Under the pieces are notes generated by a model. That model had not been told where the DNA came from and searched no databases. It saw only the letters and a program-made list of their open reading frames with translations. A stretch of DNA of 64,000 bases from Acidimicrobiales bacterium (GTDB lineage Bacteria; Actinomycetota; Acidimicrobiia; Acidimicrobiales; JADJXE01). Numbering within the stretch: position 1 is the stretch's first letter; every line of letters starts with the position of its first letter. This document shows positions 8,768 to 18,874 of this stretch, one piece after another. The position numbers were made by a program, and so were the translations under genes. The DNA lies in assembly GCA_016716005.1 (NCBI GenBank), contig JADJXE010000001.1:2767011-2831010 (forward strand). Reading direction: 5' to 3'.

Positions 8768-9599
8768 GGTGCTCGGCTCTCTCCAGCAGACCCAGCACGG
8801 CCGGGGCCACCACCTCGGGCCACTCCGCCTGGGGATAGTGGCCGGCGTCGGGAACGAGGAGCACCTCGCCGCGGAGGCGGCCGCCGACCAGGCGGGCCTC
8901 GGCGGCCGGGTCGGGGAAGTCGGGGTCGCGCTCGCCCATGATCACCAGGGTGGGCGCCGAGACCCCGTCGAGCCGGGCCTCGATGGCTGCGTGGGAGCTG
9001 CGGGCGGTGGCCACGAACGAGCGCCAGTGCCCGGGGCGGCGCAGGCTCGCCCGGATGCGCTCCCGGTGCTCGGCCAGGTCGGCGGGCGGGCGGCCCGTGT
9101 AGAGCCGGGCGTAGAAGGCACTCCAGGCGGCCGGGCCCCACGGCCGGCACAGGCCGAGGCGCAGCGCCAGGCGGCTGGCCAGGCCGAGGGGGACGTCGCG
9201 CACGAAGGGTCCGATCAGCACCAGCCCTGCGACCTGTCCCGGTGCCTCGGCTGCGGCCCACACCGCCGCGCCCGCGCCCAGCGAGCCGCCGACCAGCGCC
9301 GCCGGCCCGCCGCCCAGGTGGTCCACCAGGGCCAGCAGGTCGGTGCCGGCGGCCACGCCGTCATGGCGGGTGAAGCCGGCGTCGCTGTCACCGTGGCCGC
9401 GCAGGTCGGCGAGGGCCACCCGGTACCCGCCGGCCACCAGGGCGGGTACGACGAAGCGGTAGACGGAGCGGACGTCGCCCATGCCCGGCAGGCAGACCAC
9501 GAGGGGGCCGTCCCCGTGGACCTCGTAGGCGATGCGGCCCTCGGGGCGGGCGAGGAAGCGGGTCTCGGCAGGGACGGTCGGCGCCGGGCTCATCTGCAT
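8760..9599 (-). CDS. Alpha/beta hydrolase
   Basis: CLPGMGD, DLRGHG, GGSLGA and AGHYP motifs. Confidence 0.9.
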   Translation of the reverse strand: MQMSPAPTVPAETRFLARPEGRIAYEVHGDGPLVVCLPGMGDVRSVYRFVVPALVAGGYRVALADLRGHGDSDAGFTRHDGVAAGTDLLALVDHLGGGPAALVGGSLGAGAAVWAAAEAPGQVAGLVLIGPFVRDVPLGLASRLALRLGLCRPWGPAAWSAFYARLYTGRPPADLAEHRERIRASLRRPGHWRSFVATARSSHAAIEARLDGVSAPTLVIMGERDPDFPDPAAEARLVGGRLRGEVLLVPDAGHYPQAEWPEVVAPAVLGLLERAEHRA

Positions 9600-9631
9600 A
9601 GCTGTTACGCTAAGCTAATTAGCCACGGCCG

Positions 9632-10486
9632 TCAACCCCCGCGGTGGCGGTGCTCCTCGCCCAGCAGGCCGGCCACGTGGTCGGGCACGTAGGTGCTGGC
9701 CTCGCGGGGCGGGCGGACGTAGCCCTCGTCGGACTGGCGGGCGGGCAGGTCGAGCCGGGCCGGCACGTGGTCCTCGTAGGGCACCTGCTCGAGGATGTGG
9801 GCCAGGCAGTTCAGTCGGGCCCGACGCTTGTCGTCGGCCTCGACCACGAACCACGGGGCCTCGGGGATGTCGGTGTGCACGAACATCTCGTCACGGGCCC
9901 GCGAGTAGTCGACGTAGCGGCTGCGGGCGTACAGGTCCATGGGGCTGAGCTTCCAGCGCTTCGAGGGATCCTCGACCCGCTCCTGGAAGCGGCGCTCCTG
10001 CTCCTCGTCGCTCACCGAGAACCAGTACTTGAGCAGCAGGATCCCCGACTCGACCACCAACCGCTCGAAGATGGGGCACTGGCGCAGGAACAGCCGGTGC
10101 TCCTGGGGGGTGCAGAAGCCCATCACCTTCTCGACGCCGGCCCGGTTGTACCAGCTGCGGTCGAACACCACGATCTCGCCCGCGGCGGGCAGGTGCGCGA
10201 CGTAGCGCTGGAAGTACCACTGGGTGGTCTCGCGCTCGCTGGGCGCCGGGAGGGCGACGATGCGGGCGATGCGGGGGCTGAGCGGATCGGTGAGCCGCTT
10301 GATCATCCCGCCCTTGCCGGCCGCGTCCCGGCCCTCGAACACCAGCACCAGCTTCTGGCCGGTGTGGCGCACCCAGTACATCATCTTGACCGCTTCGGCC
10401 TGCAGCCTGGTCAGCTCGTCCTCGTACGTCTTCCTCGGCACCCGGCTCGCCGTCTCGACCGCCTGGGCGCGTTTGTCGTGAGCCAC
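9632..10486 (-). CDS. ppk2: Polyphosphate kinase 2
   Basis: Walker A EGRDAAGKGG, FDRSWYNRAGVE, RWKLSPMD. Confidence 0.96.
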   Translation of the reverse strand: MAHDKRAQAVETASRVPRKTYEDELTRLQAEAVKMMYWVRHTGQKLVLVFEGRDAAGKGGMIKRLTDPLSPRIARIVALPAPSERETTQWYFQRYVAHLPAAGEIVVFDRSWYNRAGVEKVMGFCTPQEHRLFLRQCPIFERLVVESGILLLKYWFSVSDEEQERRFQERVEDPSKRWKLSPMDLYARSRYVDYSRARDEMFVHTDIPEAPWFVVEADDKRRARLNCLAHILEQVPYEDHVPARLDLPARQSDEGYVRPPREASTYVPDHVAGLLGEEHRHRGG

Positions 10487-10623
10487 GACGCCACTTTCTC
10501 ACGCGGGGCCGGGGCCGACGCACGAACGGTGCCGGAGCGGGCGGGCCGGGATCCCGCGCCGCGGGCCGTCGCCGGGGCACGCGGCCGCCGGGTGACTGGA
10601 GAAGGGGAGCCCCACCGCGTAGC

Positions 10624-11718
10624 GTGACGGAGATGTCGCGCCCTGCGCTCCTCTCTGCGCGCCGCCTGGTGGCGGCCGCCGGCCTCGTCGTGATCGGCGG
10701 GCTCGGCGCCGCCGCGTGCACCGCGTCGGGCGCCGACGAGGCCGGCTCCACCACGTCGACGACCGCCGCGAGCACGTCGACGAGCCGGGCCACGTCCACC
10801 ACCGCGCCCAGCACCACCACCACGACGGCCCCGCCCGAGACGACGACGAGTGAGGCGCCGTCCGACGTGCTGGCCGAGGGCGCGCAGGGCCCGCGCGTCG
10901 AGCAGCTCCAGCGGCGGCTGACGGAGCTGCGGTACGACCCGGGCCCCGTCGACGGCAAGTTCGGCACGGCCACCACCCAGGCCGTCTGGGCGTTCCAGAA
11001 GCTCCACGGCCTCTCCGCCGACGGCGTCGTCACCCTGGGCGTGTGGGCGCTGATGCAGCAGGGCGGCGACCCGGCCCCGCTCGTGCCGGGGGGCGGGGCC
11101 AACCGGGTCGAGGTCGACATCCCCCGCCAGGTGCTGCTGCTGTACCAGGGCGGGCAGCTGCGCCTGATCACCCACATCTCGTCGGGTTCGCGCCGGTCCT
11201 ACTGCGAGAACGGCCACTGCGGCGACGCCGTCACCGACCCTGGCTCGTTCCGCTTCGGCCGCCGCTACACGGGCTGGGAGGACGGTCCGCTCGGCAGGCT
11301 GTACAACCCCGTGTACTTCAACGGCGGCATCGCCGTGCACGGCGCCAGCTCGGTGCCCAGCTACCCGGCCAGCCACGGCTGCGTGCGGATCCCCATGCAC
11401 GTCGCCGAGTACTTCCCGAGCCTGGTCGAGCGGGGCGAGCCCGTGTACGTGATCGACGGGGGCGCACCGCCGGCCATCGCCGAGGCGCCCCCGGAGACCA
11501 CCACCACGGCCCCGCCGGAGACCACCGTCCCGCCGGAGACCACCACCGTCCCGCCGGAGACCACCGTCCCGCCGGAGACCACCACCACGCTGCCGGCGGA
11601 GACCACCACCGTCCCGCCGTCGAGCGACACCACCGCGCCGGCCGCCACCGACCCGCCGGCCAGCGACACCACCCAGCCGTCGATGCCGGCGTCGCTCCCG
11701 CCGATCTCGTTCCCCTAG
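10624..11718 (+). CDS. L,D-transpeptidase lipoprotein with peptidoglycan-binding domain and Thr/Pro-rich linkers
   Basis: Lipobox-like AAAC, PG_binding_1 (VEQLQRRL...VDGKFG...AVWAFQ), catalytic HG...SHGCVR. Start may be ATG 10633. Confidence 0.9.
   Translation: MTEMSRPALLSARRLVAAAGLVVIGGLGAAACTASGADEAGSTTSTTAASTSTSRATSTTAPSTTTTTAPPETTTSEAPSDVLAEGAQGPRVEQLQRRLTELRYDPGPVDGKFGTATTQAVWAFQKLHGLSADGVVTLGVWALMQQGGDPAPLVPGGGANRVEVDIPRQVLLLYQGGQLRLITHISSGSRRSYCENGHCGDAVTDPGSFRFGRRYTGWEDGPLGRLYNPVYFNGGIAVHGASSVPSYPASHGCVRIPMHVAEYFPSLVERGEPVYVIDGGAPPAIAEAPPETTTTAPPETTVPPETTTVPPETTVPPETTTTLPAETTTVPPSSDTTAPAATDPPASDTTQPSMPASLPPISFP
11490..11620 (+). repeat. In-frame 18/21-bp tandem repeats (PPETT(T)V)
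   Basis: Repeated CCGCCGGAGACCACC(ACC)GTC units; boundaries approximate. Confidence 0.85.
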
Positions 11719-11762
11719 CCAGCCCCCGCCCGGTCCTGCCGCCCGCGCCCGGCGAGACCGGC

Positions 11763-13016
11763 TCAGCGGGCGGGGCGGCGGCCGAAGCCGAACAGCTCCT
11801 GGGCGACCTTGCGGATCTGGATCTCCTCTGATCCCTCCGTGATCCGGTACCGGCGATGGTGGCGGTAGATGTGCTCGAAGGGCTCGTGGCGCGAGTACCC
11901 GACGCCGCCGTGCACCTGCATGGCCCGGTCGGCGGCCTCGCAGACGAGCCGGTTCGCCCGGTAGTTGCACATGGCGACCAGGTGCGTCACCTCCAGGTGG
12001 TTCCGGCGGTCGAGCTCCCAGGCCGTCCTGCGGACGAGGCCACGCACCATCTCGGCCTCGGTGTGCAGCTCGGCCAGGGGCCACTGGATCGCCTGGTTGG
12101 TCGACAGCGGCTTGCCCCACGTGACCCGTCGGTTGGCGTACCCGACGGCACGATCGATGCAGTACTGGGCGGCGCCCACGCCGGAGGCGGCCTGGCGGAT
12201 GCGGTTCTCGTGCACGAAGTGCTGGGCGAGCAGCAGCCCCTGGTCGACCTGGCCGAACACGGCAGAGGTGGGCACACGCACGTCGGAGAGGGTGACCTCG
12301 GCGTGGTCGGTCGGCATGTTGAAGGTCCACCAGAAGAAGGGCACCTCGAAGCCGGGGGCGTCGGTGGGCACGAGGAAGGCGGTGATGCCGGTCGGCTGGC
12401 CCGGGTCTCCCGACGTGCGGGCGAAGATGATGTCGTGGGTGGCCGAGTGCAGGCCGCTGTTCCAGCGCTTGGTCCCGTTGAGCACCCACTCGTCGCCGTC
12501 GAGGTGGGCGGTGGTCTCGAGGTAGGTGGCGTCGCTGCCGTGGTTCGGCTCGGTGAGGCCGAAGGCGAGCCGCCGCTCGCCGGTGATCATGGCGTGCATC
12601 CACTCGGCCCGCTGCTCCGGGGTCCCGAAGTCGCGCATCATCAGCACCGTGGGGAAGTTGCCGACCACCGACGACTCGTTCTGGAGGTCGTTGTGCAGGC
12701 CGAGGCCCTTGGCGGCCAGGTGCTCGCGGATGATCGCCATGGCCAGGTTGCTGCCGTCCTGGCCCCCGAGGTCGGCCGGCAGGGCGTAGCGCAGGAAGCC
12801 CGCCCGGTCGGCGCGGCGACGCATCTCGCCCAGCAGCTCCTCCCAGTCGCGGCGGGGCACGCCGCCGCCCTCCCAGTCGGTGCGGGCCCACTCGCGGCGG
12901 TGGTCGAAGAAGCGCATGTTGTCGTCCTGCTGCTCGAGCGGGCGGATCTCGGCGTCGATGAAGGCGTCGAGGGCGTCGAGCGTCTGCTGGATCTCCGGCG
13001 GGATGGAGAAGTCCAC
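11763..13016 (-). CDS. Acyl-CoA dehydrogenase
   Basis: FGLTEPNHGSD, LNGTKRW, AMQVHGG, ITEGSEEIQ. Confidence 0.93.
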   Translation of the reverse strand: MDFSIPPEIQQTLDALDAFIDAEIRPLEQQDDNMRFFDHRREWARTDWEGGGVPRRDWEELLGEMRRRADRAGFLRYALPADLGGQDGSNLAMAIIREHLAAKGLGLHNDLQNESSVVGNFPTVLMMRDFGTPEQRAEWMHAMITGERRLAFGLTEPNHGSDATYLETTAHLDGDEWVLNGTKRWNSGLHSATHDIIFARTSGDPGQPTGITAFLVPTDAPGFEVPFFWWTFNMPTDHAEVTLSDVRVPTSAVFGQVDQGLLLAQHFVHENRIRQAASGVGAAQYCIDRAVGYANRRVTWGKPLSTNQAIQWPLAELHTEAEMVRGLVRRTAWELDRRNHLEVTHLVAMCNYRANRLVCEAADRAMQVHGGVGYSRHEPFEHIYRHHRRYRITEGSEEIQIRKVAQELFGFGRRPAR

Positions 13017-13051
13017 GGTGCGTCCCCCAAGGTCGTGCGGCCTCGCCGGCC

Positions 13052-14233
13052 GTGCGGCGGGACGACGGTACCAACGAGACTGCCCGGGTGACGCCCGACG
13101 GGCCCGCCGGCCCTGCGGTCAGCCCGGTGCTGCCCACGGTGGAGCTGGGCAAGCTGTTCGCGACCTTCGGCGCGACCGAGGGCCGTGGCTACGCTCCGCT
13201 GTACGAGCGGCTGTCGACAGCCATCGCCGCCGACCCTGGGCTGCTCGGCCTGGTTGCCGCCGCGCCCGAGGAGCGGCGGGGCCCGGTGCTGCTGTTCGCG
13301 GGCGTCCACGACCTGGTCCTGGCCCACCCCGACGCGCCGCTGGCCCGCTTCTACCCCTCGGTCACCGGCTCGGCGGTGCCCGACGAGGATCCGCTCCCGG
13401 CCTTCCGGGCCTTCGTGACCGAGCACCGGGCCGAGCTCGACGCCCGGCTCGCCAACCGCACGGTCCAGACGAACGAGGTGAACCGGTGCGCGGCCGTGCT
13501 CCCCGCCCTGCGGGTGGCGGCGGCGCGGGCCGGCCGACCGCTCTCCCTGGTGGAGGTGGGGTGCAGCGCCGGGCTCAACCTGTGCTTCGACCGGTTCGCC
13601 TACGACCTCGGCGGTGAGCGGGCCGGCGACGCCGGCAGCGGCGTGCTGGTGCGGGCCGAGGTGCGCGGAGACCTGCGCCCGCCGCCGCTCGCACCCGCCC
13701 CCGAGGTGGCCGCCCGAACCGGCATCGACGTGGCCCCGGTCGACGTGCTCGATCCGGAGGCGGTGCGGTGGCTGGAGGCCTGCGTCTGGCCCGAGCAGCC
13801 CGATCGGCTGGCCAGGCTCAGAGGGGCCGTGCGGGTGGTCCGGCGCGACCCGCCCGAAATCGTGGCCGGCGACGTCCTGCGCGTGCTGCCGGCGGTGCTC
13901 GCCGGCCTGCCGCCCGGCACCGAGCCGGTGGTGCTGCACAGCTGGGCGCTCGTCTACCTGTCGCCGGCCGACCGGGCCCGGTTCGTCGAGCTGCTGGAGG
14001 CGGCCGCGACCGGCGGGCCGCTCACGTGGATCTCCATCGAGGCACCCGGCGTCGCCCCCGGGGTGGTGGCGCCCGTGGTCGCCCCCGACGCCCCGGCCCG
14101 CGAGCGCTACGCGACGGTGGTGGCCCTCACCCGCTTCGAGGGCGGCGCCCGGACCGACCTGGTGCTGGCCCGGTGCCACCCCCACCTGTCGTGGATCGAG
14201 TGGCGCGACCCCGGGAGCGGTCGGCGGGCTTGA
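13052..14233 (+). CDS. DUF2332 family protein
   Basis: VQTNEVNRCA and EVGCSAGLNL motifs. The true start is probably somewhat downstream. Confidence 0.85.
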   Translation: MRRDDGTNETARVTPDGPAGPAVSPVLPTVELGKLFATFGATEGRGYAPLYERLSTAIAADPGLLGLVAAAPEERRGPVLLFAGVHDLVLAHPDAPLARFYPSVTGSAVPDEDPLPAFRAFVTEHRAELDARLANRTVQTNEVNRCAAVLPALRVAAARAGRPLSLVEVGCSAGLNLCFDRFAYDLGGERAGDAGSGVLVRAEVRGDLRPPPLAPAPEVAARTGIDVAPVDVLDPEAVRWLEACVWPEQPDRLARLRGAVRVVRRDPPEIVAGDVLRVLPAVLAGLPPGTEPVVLHSWALVYLSPADRARFVELLEAAATGGPLTWISIEAPGVAPGVVAPVVAPDAPARERYATVVALTRFEGGARTDLVLARCHPHLSWIEWRDPGSGRRA

Positions 14234-14250
14234 CCGCCGGCCGACCGGGG

Positions 14251-14991
14251 CTACAGCAGCCCGAGGTACTGGCCGCCGTCGACCTGGATCGCGGTGCCCG
14301 TCAGGAAGCGGGCGTGCTCCGAGCACAGGAACGCCACCACGCGGCCGAAGTCGGCGGGATCGCCCAGAACCTGGGCCGGCACGGCGCGGGCCAGGTCGTC
14401 GGGTGAGCCGAGGGCGCGGATGCGGTCGGTGGCGTGCAGGCCGGGCTGCACGGAGTTCACCGTGACGCCGTCCTTGGCGACCTCGAGGGCCACCGTCTTC
14501 AGGAAGCCGGTCACGCCGGCCCGGGCCGTGTTGGAGAGGATCAGCGTGCTGATGGGCTGGCGCACCGCCACCGACGTGATCGCCACCACCCGCCCCCACC
14601 GCTGCTCCTGCATGGCCGGCACCGCCGCCTTGCACATGGCCACCACCGAGAGCAGGTTCAGGTCGAGGGCGGCCGGGTAGGCGTCGAGGGGGGTCGAGGC
14701 GAAGGTGCCGGGGGGAGGTCCCCCGGCGTTGGTGACGAGGATGTCGACCCCGCCGAGCGCCTCGTGCGCCGCAGCCACGAACGCCTCGCCGCCGCCGGGC
14801 GTCGACACGTCGAGGGTGAGCGGCACGGCCGCGGGCCCGAGGCGCTCGGCGGCCTCGCGCACGCGGCGCTCGTCGCGGCTGCAGATCGCCACGCGCGCGC
14901 CCTCGGCGACGAGGGCCGCGGCCGACGCGAACCCGAGCCCGGCCGACGCCGCCGCCACCGCGGCCCGCTTCCCGCTGATCCCCAGATCCAT
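14251..14991 (-). CDS. SDR family oxidoreductase
   Basis: AASAGLG, TNAGGPPPG, SNTAR motif typical of this SDR subgroup. Confidence 0.9.
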   Translation of the reverse strand: MDLGISGKRAAVAAASAGLGFASAAALVAEGARVAICSRDERRVREAAERLGPAAVPLTLDVSTPGGGEAFVAAAHEALGGVDILVTNAGGPPPGTFASTPLDAYPAALDLNLLSVVAMCKAAVPAMQEQRWGRVVAITSVAVRQPISTLILSNTARAGVTGFLKTVALEVAKDGVTVNSVQPGLHATDRIRALGSPDDLARAVPAQVLGDPADFGRVVAFLCSEHARFLTGTAIQVDGGQYLGLL

Positions 14992-15023
14992 GGCGCCGGA
15001 CGGTACCTCCTACAGTCGCCGCC

Positions 15024-15920
15024 ATGGAGCTGCCGGTGTCGGTCACGATCCGCGAGGTCGGCCCCCGCGACGGCTTGCAGGGCGAGGCGCCCGTGGCGGT
15101 CGAGGACCGGGTCGCCCTGGTGGAGGCCCTGATCCTGGCGGGCGTCACCGAGGTGGAGGTGGCGGCCTTCGTGTCGCCCAGAGCCGTTCCGGCCATGGCC
15201 GGCGCGGCCGAGGTGGTCGCCGCCCTGGGCTGGCGTGACGGGGTGCGGCGCTGGGTGCTCGTCCCCAACCTCCGCGGTGCGGAGCTGGCCGTCGAGGCCG
15301 GGGCCGACGCCCTCACGGTCACGGTGTCGGCCTCCCCGGGGTACAGCGAGAGGAACGTGCGGATGACCGTCGAGGAGTCGGTCGAGGAGGCCGGCCGCAT
15401 CGCCGCGGCCGGTGCCGCCAGCGGGCTGCCGGTCGACGTGGTGGTGTCCTGCGCCTTCGGGTCGCCCTACGAGGGGGACCTGGCCCCCGCCGCCGTCGAC
15501 GCCGTCGGACGCCGGTGCCTCGAGGCCGGGGCCACCTCGCTCACCTACGCCGACACCACCGGGATGGCCACCCCGCGCCGCATCGACGAGCTGCTGGCCC
15601 GCACCGGCCCCGGCGTGGGCCTGCACCTGCACGACACCCGCGGCACGGCGCTGGTGAACGCCTACGCCGCCCTCGAGCGGGGCGTGACCCGCTTCGACAC
15701 CGCGGTCGGTGGCCTGGGCGGCTCGCCCTTCGCGGCCGGGGCCGGGGGGAACCTGGCCACCGAGGATCTGGTGCACCTGCTCGACGACGAGGGCGTGCGC
15801 ACCGGGCTCGACCTGGAGCTGCTGCTCGAGGCGGCGGCCCTGGTGGCCGGCCTGGTCGGCCGCCCGGTCCCCGGCCGGGTGGCCACCCACGGGCCCCGCT
15901 GGCGGCTCTCGCCCTCCTGA
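15024..15920 (+). CDS. Hydroxymethylglutaryl-CoA lyase
   Basis: EVGPRDGLQ, HLHDTRG, GGLGGSPFA, GNLATED. Confidence 0.92.
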   Translation: MELPVSVTIREVGPRDGLQGEAPVAVEDRVALVEALILAGVTEVEVAAFVSPRAVPAMAGAAEVVAALGWRDGVRRWVLVPNLRGAELAVEAGADALTVTVSASPGYSERNVRMTVEESVEEAGRIAAAGAASGLPVDVVVSCAFGSPYEGDLAPAAVDAVGRRCLEAGATSLTYADTTGMATPRRIDELLARTGPGVGLHLHDTRGTALVNAYAALERGVTRFDTAVGGLGGSPFAAGAGGNLATEDLVHLLDDEGVRTGLDLELLLEAAALVAGLVGRPVPGRVATHGPRWRLSPS

Positions 15921-15934
15921 CGGCCCTTCCCGGC

Positions 15935-15982
15935 TTCTGCGTCCGAGATGGCCCGCTTCCCGGGCCGATCGGGACGGAGAAC
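15935..15982. repeat. REP-like imperfect palindrome (TTCTG...AGAAC ends)
   Basis: TTCTGCGTCCGAGATGGCCCGCTTCCCGGGCCGATCGGGACGGAGAAC; same length and termini style as family B. Confidence 0.6.
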
Positions 15983-16059
15983 TGCGGGGTGGGGCGGGAC
16001 GCGGCCCTCCGGGTGGCGGCGGCGCGCGGATGGCTCGGCGGTGCGCCATCCTGGCAGGC

Positions 16060-16986
16060 GTGCGGACCAGAGAGCAGCGCCTGTTGAACCACGTCTCCCG
16101 GATCGGCATCTACGAGGAGCACCTCGTGCCTGCCGGGGGGGCCGAGATCGTGCTGTCGGTGTGGAGGGCCGACGGCGACGGCGGTTCGGCCGGACCCCCG
16201 GTGGTGTTCCTGCCCGGCACCATGACCCACCCGCTCTTCTACGAGGAGTGGTGCGACGCCCTGGCCACCAGCGGCTTCCCGGTGGTGGGCGTGCACTTCC
16301 GCGGGCACGGCAAGAGCCCCCGGGGGGTGGCCCCCACCTTCGACGGCCTGCTCGACGACGCCCGCGTCGCCGTGGGCTGGGCCGCCGACCGCTTCGGGGG
16401 CCCGGTGGTGGTGATGGGGTCCAGCCAGGGCGGCATCCTGGCGGTGGCGCTGGCCGCCACCGGCGACGAGCGGGTGGCGGCCGTGGTCGCCCACAACGTG
16501 CTCGACCCGACCCTGCCGGAGTCGTTCGGCGTCACCCGCTTCCCGGAGTGGCTGGCGCCGGTGGGCCCCACCCTCACCGTGCTGCTGGCCCTGGTGGCGC
16601 GGGTGGCGCCCGACGTCGCCGTGCCGGTGTCGGCCTATCTCGACGCCGACCGCGTCTTTCACGAGGAGTGGAGCAGGGAGCAGTTCGAGTCGGACCCGCT
16701 GGGACTGCGCTCGTACCCGCTGGGGCTGCTGGCCGGCCTGCTCACCGCCGACCTGTCGGGGATCGGCGACGGGTCGATCCGCTGCCCGGTGGTCGTGGTG
16801 GCCGCCACCGGCGACGCGCTGTTCACGCTCGACTACACCCGCAGCGTGTTCGAGCGGATCGTCGCCCCGGTGAAGGAGCTGGTCGAGCTCGACCTCGACT
16901 GCCACCTGGTGTTCACCGAGGCCGTCGACGAGGCGCTGGACCCGGTGGTGGGCGCGCTGCGACGGGCCCTGGCCACGGGGAGCTGA
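16060..16986 (+). CDS. Alpha/beta hydrolase (lysophospholipase-like)
   Basis: FRGHGKS and GSSQGG (GxSxG). Start estimated at GTG 16060. Confidence 0.85.
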   Translation: MRTREQRLLNHVSRIGIYEEHLVPAGGAEIVLSVWRADGDGGSAGPPVVFLPGTMTHPLFYEEWCDALATSGFPVVGVHFRGHGKSPRGVAPTFDGLLDDARVAVGWAADRFGGPVVVMGSSQGGILAVALAATGDERVAAVVAHNVLDPTLPESFGVTRFPEWLAPVGPTLTVLLALVARVAPDVAVPVSAYLDADRVFHEEWSREQFESDPLGLRSYPLGLLAGLLTADLSGIGDGSIRCPVVVVAATGDALFTLDYTRSVFERIVAPVKELVELDLDCHLVFTEAVDEALDPVVGALRRALATGS

Positions 16987-16993
16987 GCCCGGG

Positions 16994-18136
16994 TCAGCGG
17001 GGCCCGGCGCACACGGCGGCCAGGCTCGACAGGGCGGTGCCCCGCCGGGGCTCGCGGACCTGGTGCTGGTCGATGCCGTTGGTGCAGTACCCGAACGACA
17101 GCCCGGTGGCCGGATCGGCCCACGCGATCTGGCCGGCCGCCCCTGCGTGGCCGAACGCGCCGGGGGAGACGGTCTTGCCGAAGTTGTGGCGCAGCGACGC
17201 CCGGCCGTCGTCGCCGGCGAGCACGAGCCCCAGGGTGCGCATGGCGGGGACGCCGCTCCACGGGTCGGGCAGGTTGCACCGCACGTGGCTGGTGACGTCG
17301 GCCAGGACGTCGGGCCGCCAGATCCCGCCGGGGTCGTGCAGCAGCGCCTGGTAGTACGTGGCCAGGTCGGCGGCACCCATCACCGCGCCCCCGCCCGGCA
17401 CGCCGACGGCCCTGACCTCGGGTGCGTTGAACGCCAGCATGGCGTCGGGCGTCACCTCGGTGGCCGGCAGCTCGCGCACCCCGAAGGCGGCCTCCAGCTC
17501 GTCGGGTGTGGCCGGCTCGCCCACGGCCACGAGGGTGGCCACGCCGTCCTGCTGGTCCTCGGGGACGCCGAGAACGCGCCGGGTCAGGCCGGCCGGCCGG
17601 GTCACCCGCTCCTCGACCACGTCGCGGTAGTCGCGGCCGGTCACCCGCTCGATGATCTCGGCGAGCACCCAGTGGGCCGAGGTGGCGTGGTACTCGTACC
17701 GGGTGCCGGGCTCCCAGTCGAGCCGCCAGCGCCCGAAGGCCGCGAGGCGGCCCTCGCGCGTGGACCACGCGGGCGGCCCGAGGGGCGCGTAGGGGAAGCC
17801 CGAGGTGTGGAGCATCACGTGCTCCACCGTGACCACCTCCTTGCCGTTGGTCCCGAACTCGGGCACGTGCTCGACGACCCTCGATGCCGGATCGACGAGC
17901 CCCTCGCCGATGAGCACCCACATGGCCCCGGCGACCAGGGCCTTGGTGCAGGAGAAGACCACGTACCGCGTGTCGAGGGTGGCGTCGCCGATCGCCTCGT
18001 GCACCACGACCTCTCCGTCGACGGCCAGGGCCAGCTGGCACGACGGCAGCAGGCCCTGGTCGACCTCGCGGTGGGCTCGGGTGAGCAGGGCCTCGACCCT
18101 GGCCGGGTCGAGGCGTGGGGGCAGGATGGCGGTCAC
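16994..18136 (-). CDS. Serine hydrolase (beta-lactamase-related)
   Basis: SxxK (FSCTK), LHTSG, YEYH, FGHAGAAG. Start moved to GTG 18136. Confidence 0.9.
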   Translation of the reverse strand: MTAILPPRLDPARVEALLTRAHREVDQGLLPSCQLALAVDGEVVVHEAIGDATLDTRYVVFSCTKALVAGAMWVLIGEGLVDPASRVVEHVPEFGTNGKEVVTVEHVMLHTSGFPYAPLGPPAWSTREGRLAAFGRWRLDWEPGTRYEYHATSAHWVLAEIIERVTGRDYRDVVEERVTRPAGLTRRVLGVPEDQQDGVATLVAVGEPATPDELEAAFGVRELPATEVTPDAMLAFNAPEVRAVGVPGGGAVMGAADLATYYQALLHDPGGIWRPDVLADVTSHVRCNLPDPWSGVPAMRTLGLVLAGDDGRASLRHNFGKTVSPGAFGHAGAAGQIAWADPATGLSFGYCTNGIDQHQVREPRRGTALSSLAAVCAGPR

Positions 18137-18220
18137 GGCCCGACACCCTGCCACGCCGCCGCGCGTCCTGCTCGACCGGTCGGGGTGGCAGGATCGGTCG
18201 TTCCCGACCGAGGAGACCAC

Positions 18221-18778
18221 ATGGCCACCGAGTGCCCGGAGCCCGACGGCTCCAGCCCCCGCAGGACCCGCTTCGACGGCCCGCCCCCGATGTGCATCGA
18301 CCCGGCCAAGCGCTACACGGCCACGATGGACACCTCGCTGGGCACGATGGTGATCGCGCTCGACGCCGCCGCCGCCCCCCAGACGGTCAACAGCTTCGTG
18401 TTCCTCGCCCGCTGGCACTACTACGACGGCCTGACGTTCCACCGGATCATCAAGGGCTTCGTGTGCCAGGGCGGCTGTCCCGAGGGCAGCGGCCGGGGCG
18501 GCCCCGGCTACCGGTTCGCCGACGAGCTGCCCAAGGCGGGCCGCTACGAGGTCGGGTCGCTGGCCATGGCCAACGCGGGCCCCGACACCAACGGCAGCCA
18601 GTTCTTCCTCATCAGCGGCCCCGACGGCACCCGCCTGCCCCCGCAGTACTCGCTGTTCGGCAAGGTCGTGAAGGGCCTCGACGTGGTCGAGCAGATGCAG
18701 TCGGTGCCCACCGGCACCGGTGACCGGCCCCGCGACCCGGTCGTGATCGAGTCGATCACGATCACCGAGGCCGACTGA
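18221..18778 (+). CDS. ppiA: Cyclophilin-type peptidyl-prolyl isomerase
   Basis: FHRIIKGFVCQGG, AMANAGPDTNGSQFF; AGGAG RBS before ATG 18221. Confidence 0.93.
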   Translation: MATECPEPDGSSPRRTRFDGPPPMCIDPAKRYTATMDTSLGTMVIALDAAAAPQTVNSFVFLARWHYYDGLTFHRIIKGFVCQGGCPEGSGRGGPGYRFADELPKAGRYEVGSLAMANAGPDTNGSQFFLISGPDGTRLPPQYSLFGKVVKGLDVVEQMQSVPTGTGDRPRDPVVIESITITEAD

Positions 18779-18874
18779 GGCGGGCCGCTCCCCGGGCAGG
18801 GGCGGGCGACGAGCGCCAGCGCCCGCGGGCGCGATGTGGATTCCCGTCCGTCATGGCCTACAAAGGGGGTCGCC

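Noticed and set aside
10500-10623. c-di-AMP (ydaO) riboswitch upstream of the L,D-transpeptidase
   Set aside because: The conserved ydaO motifs are absent, and the gene looks leaderless.
10411-15400. 913-aa and 919-aa Arg/Pro/Gly-rich ORFs
   Set aside because: Off-frame or antisense shadows caused by stop-codon scarcity at high GC; no motifs.
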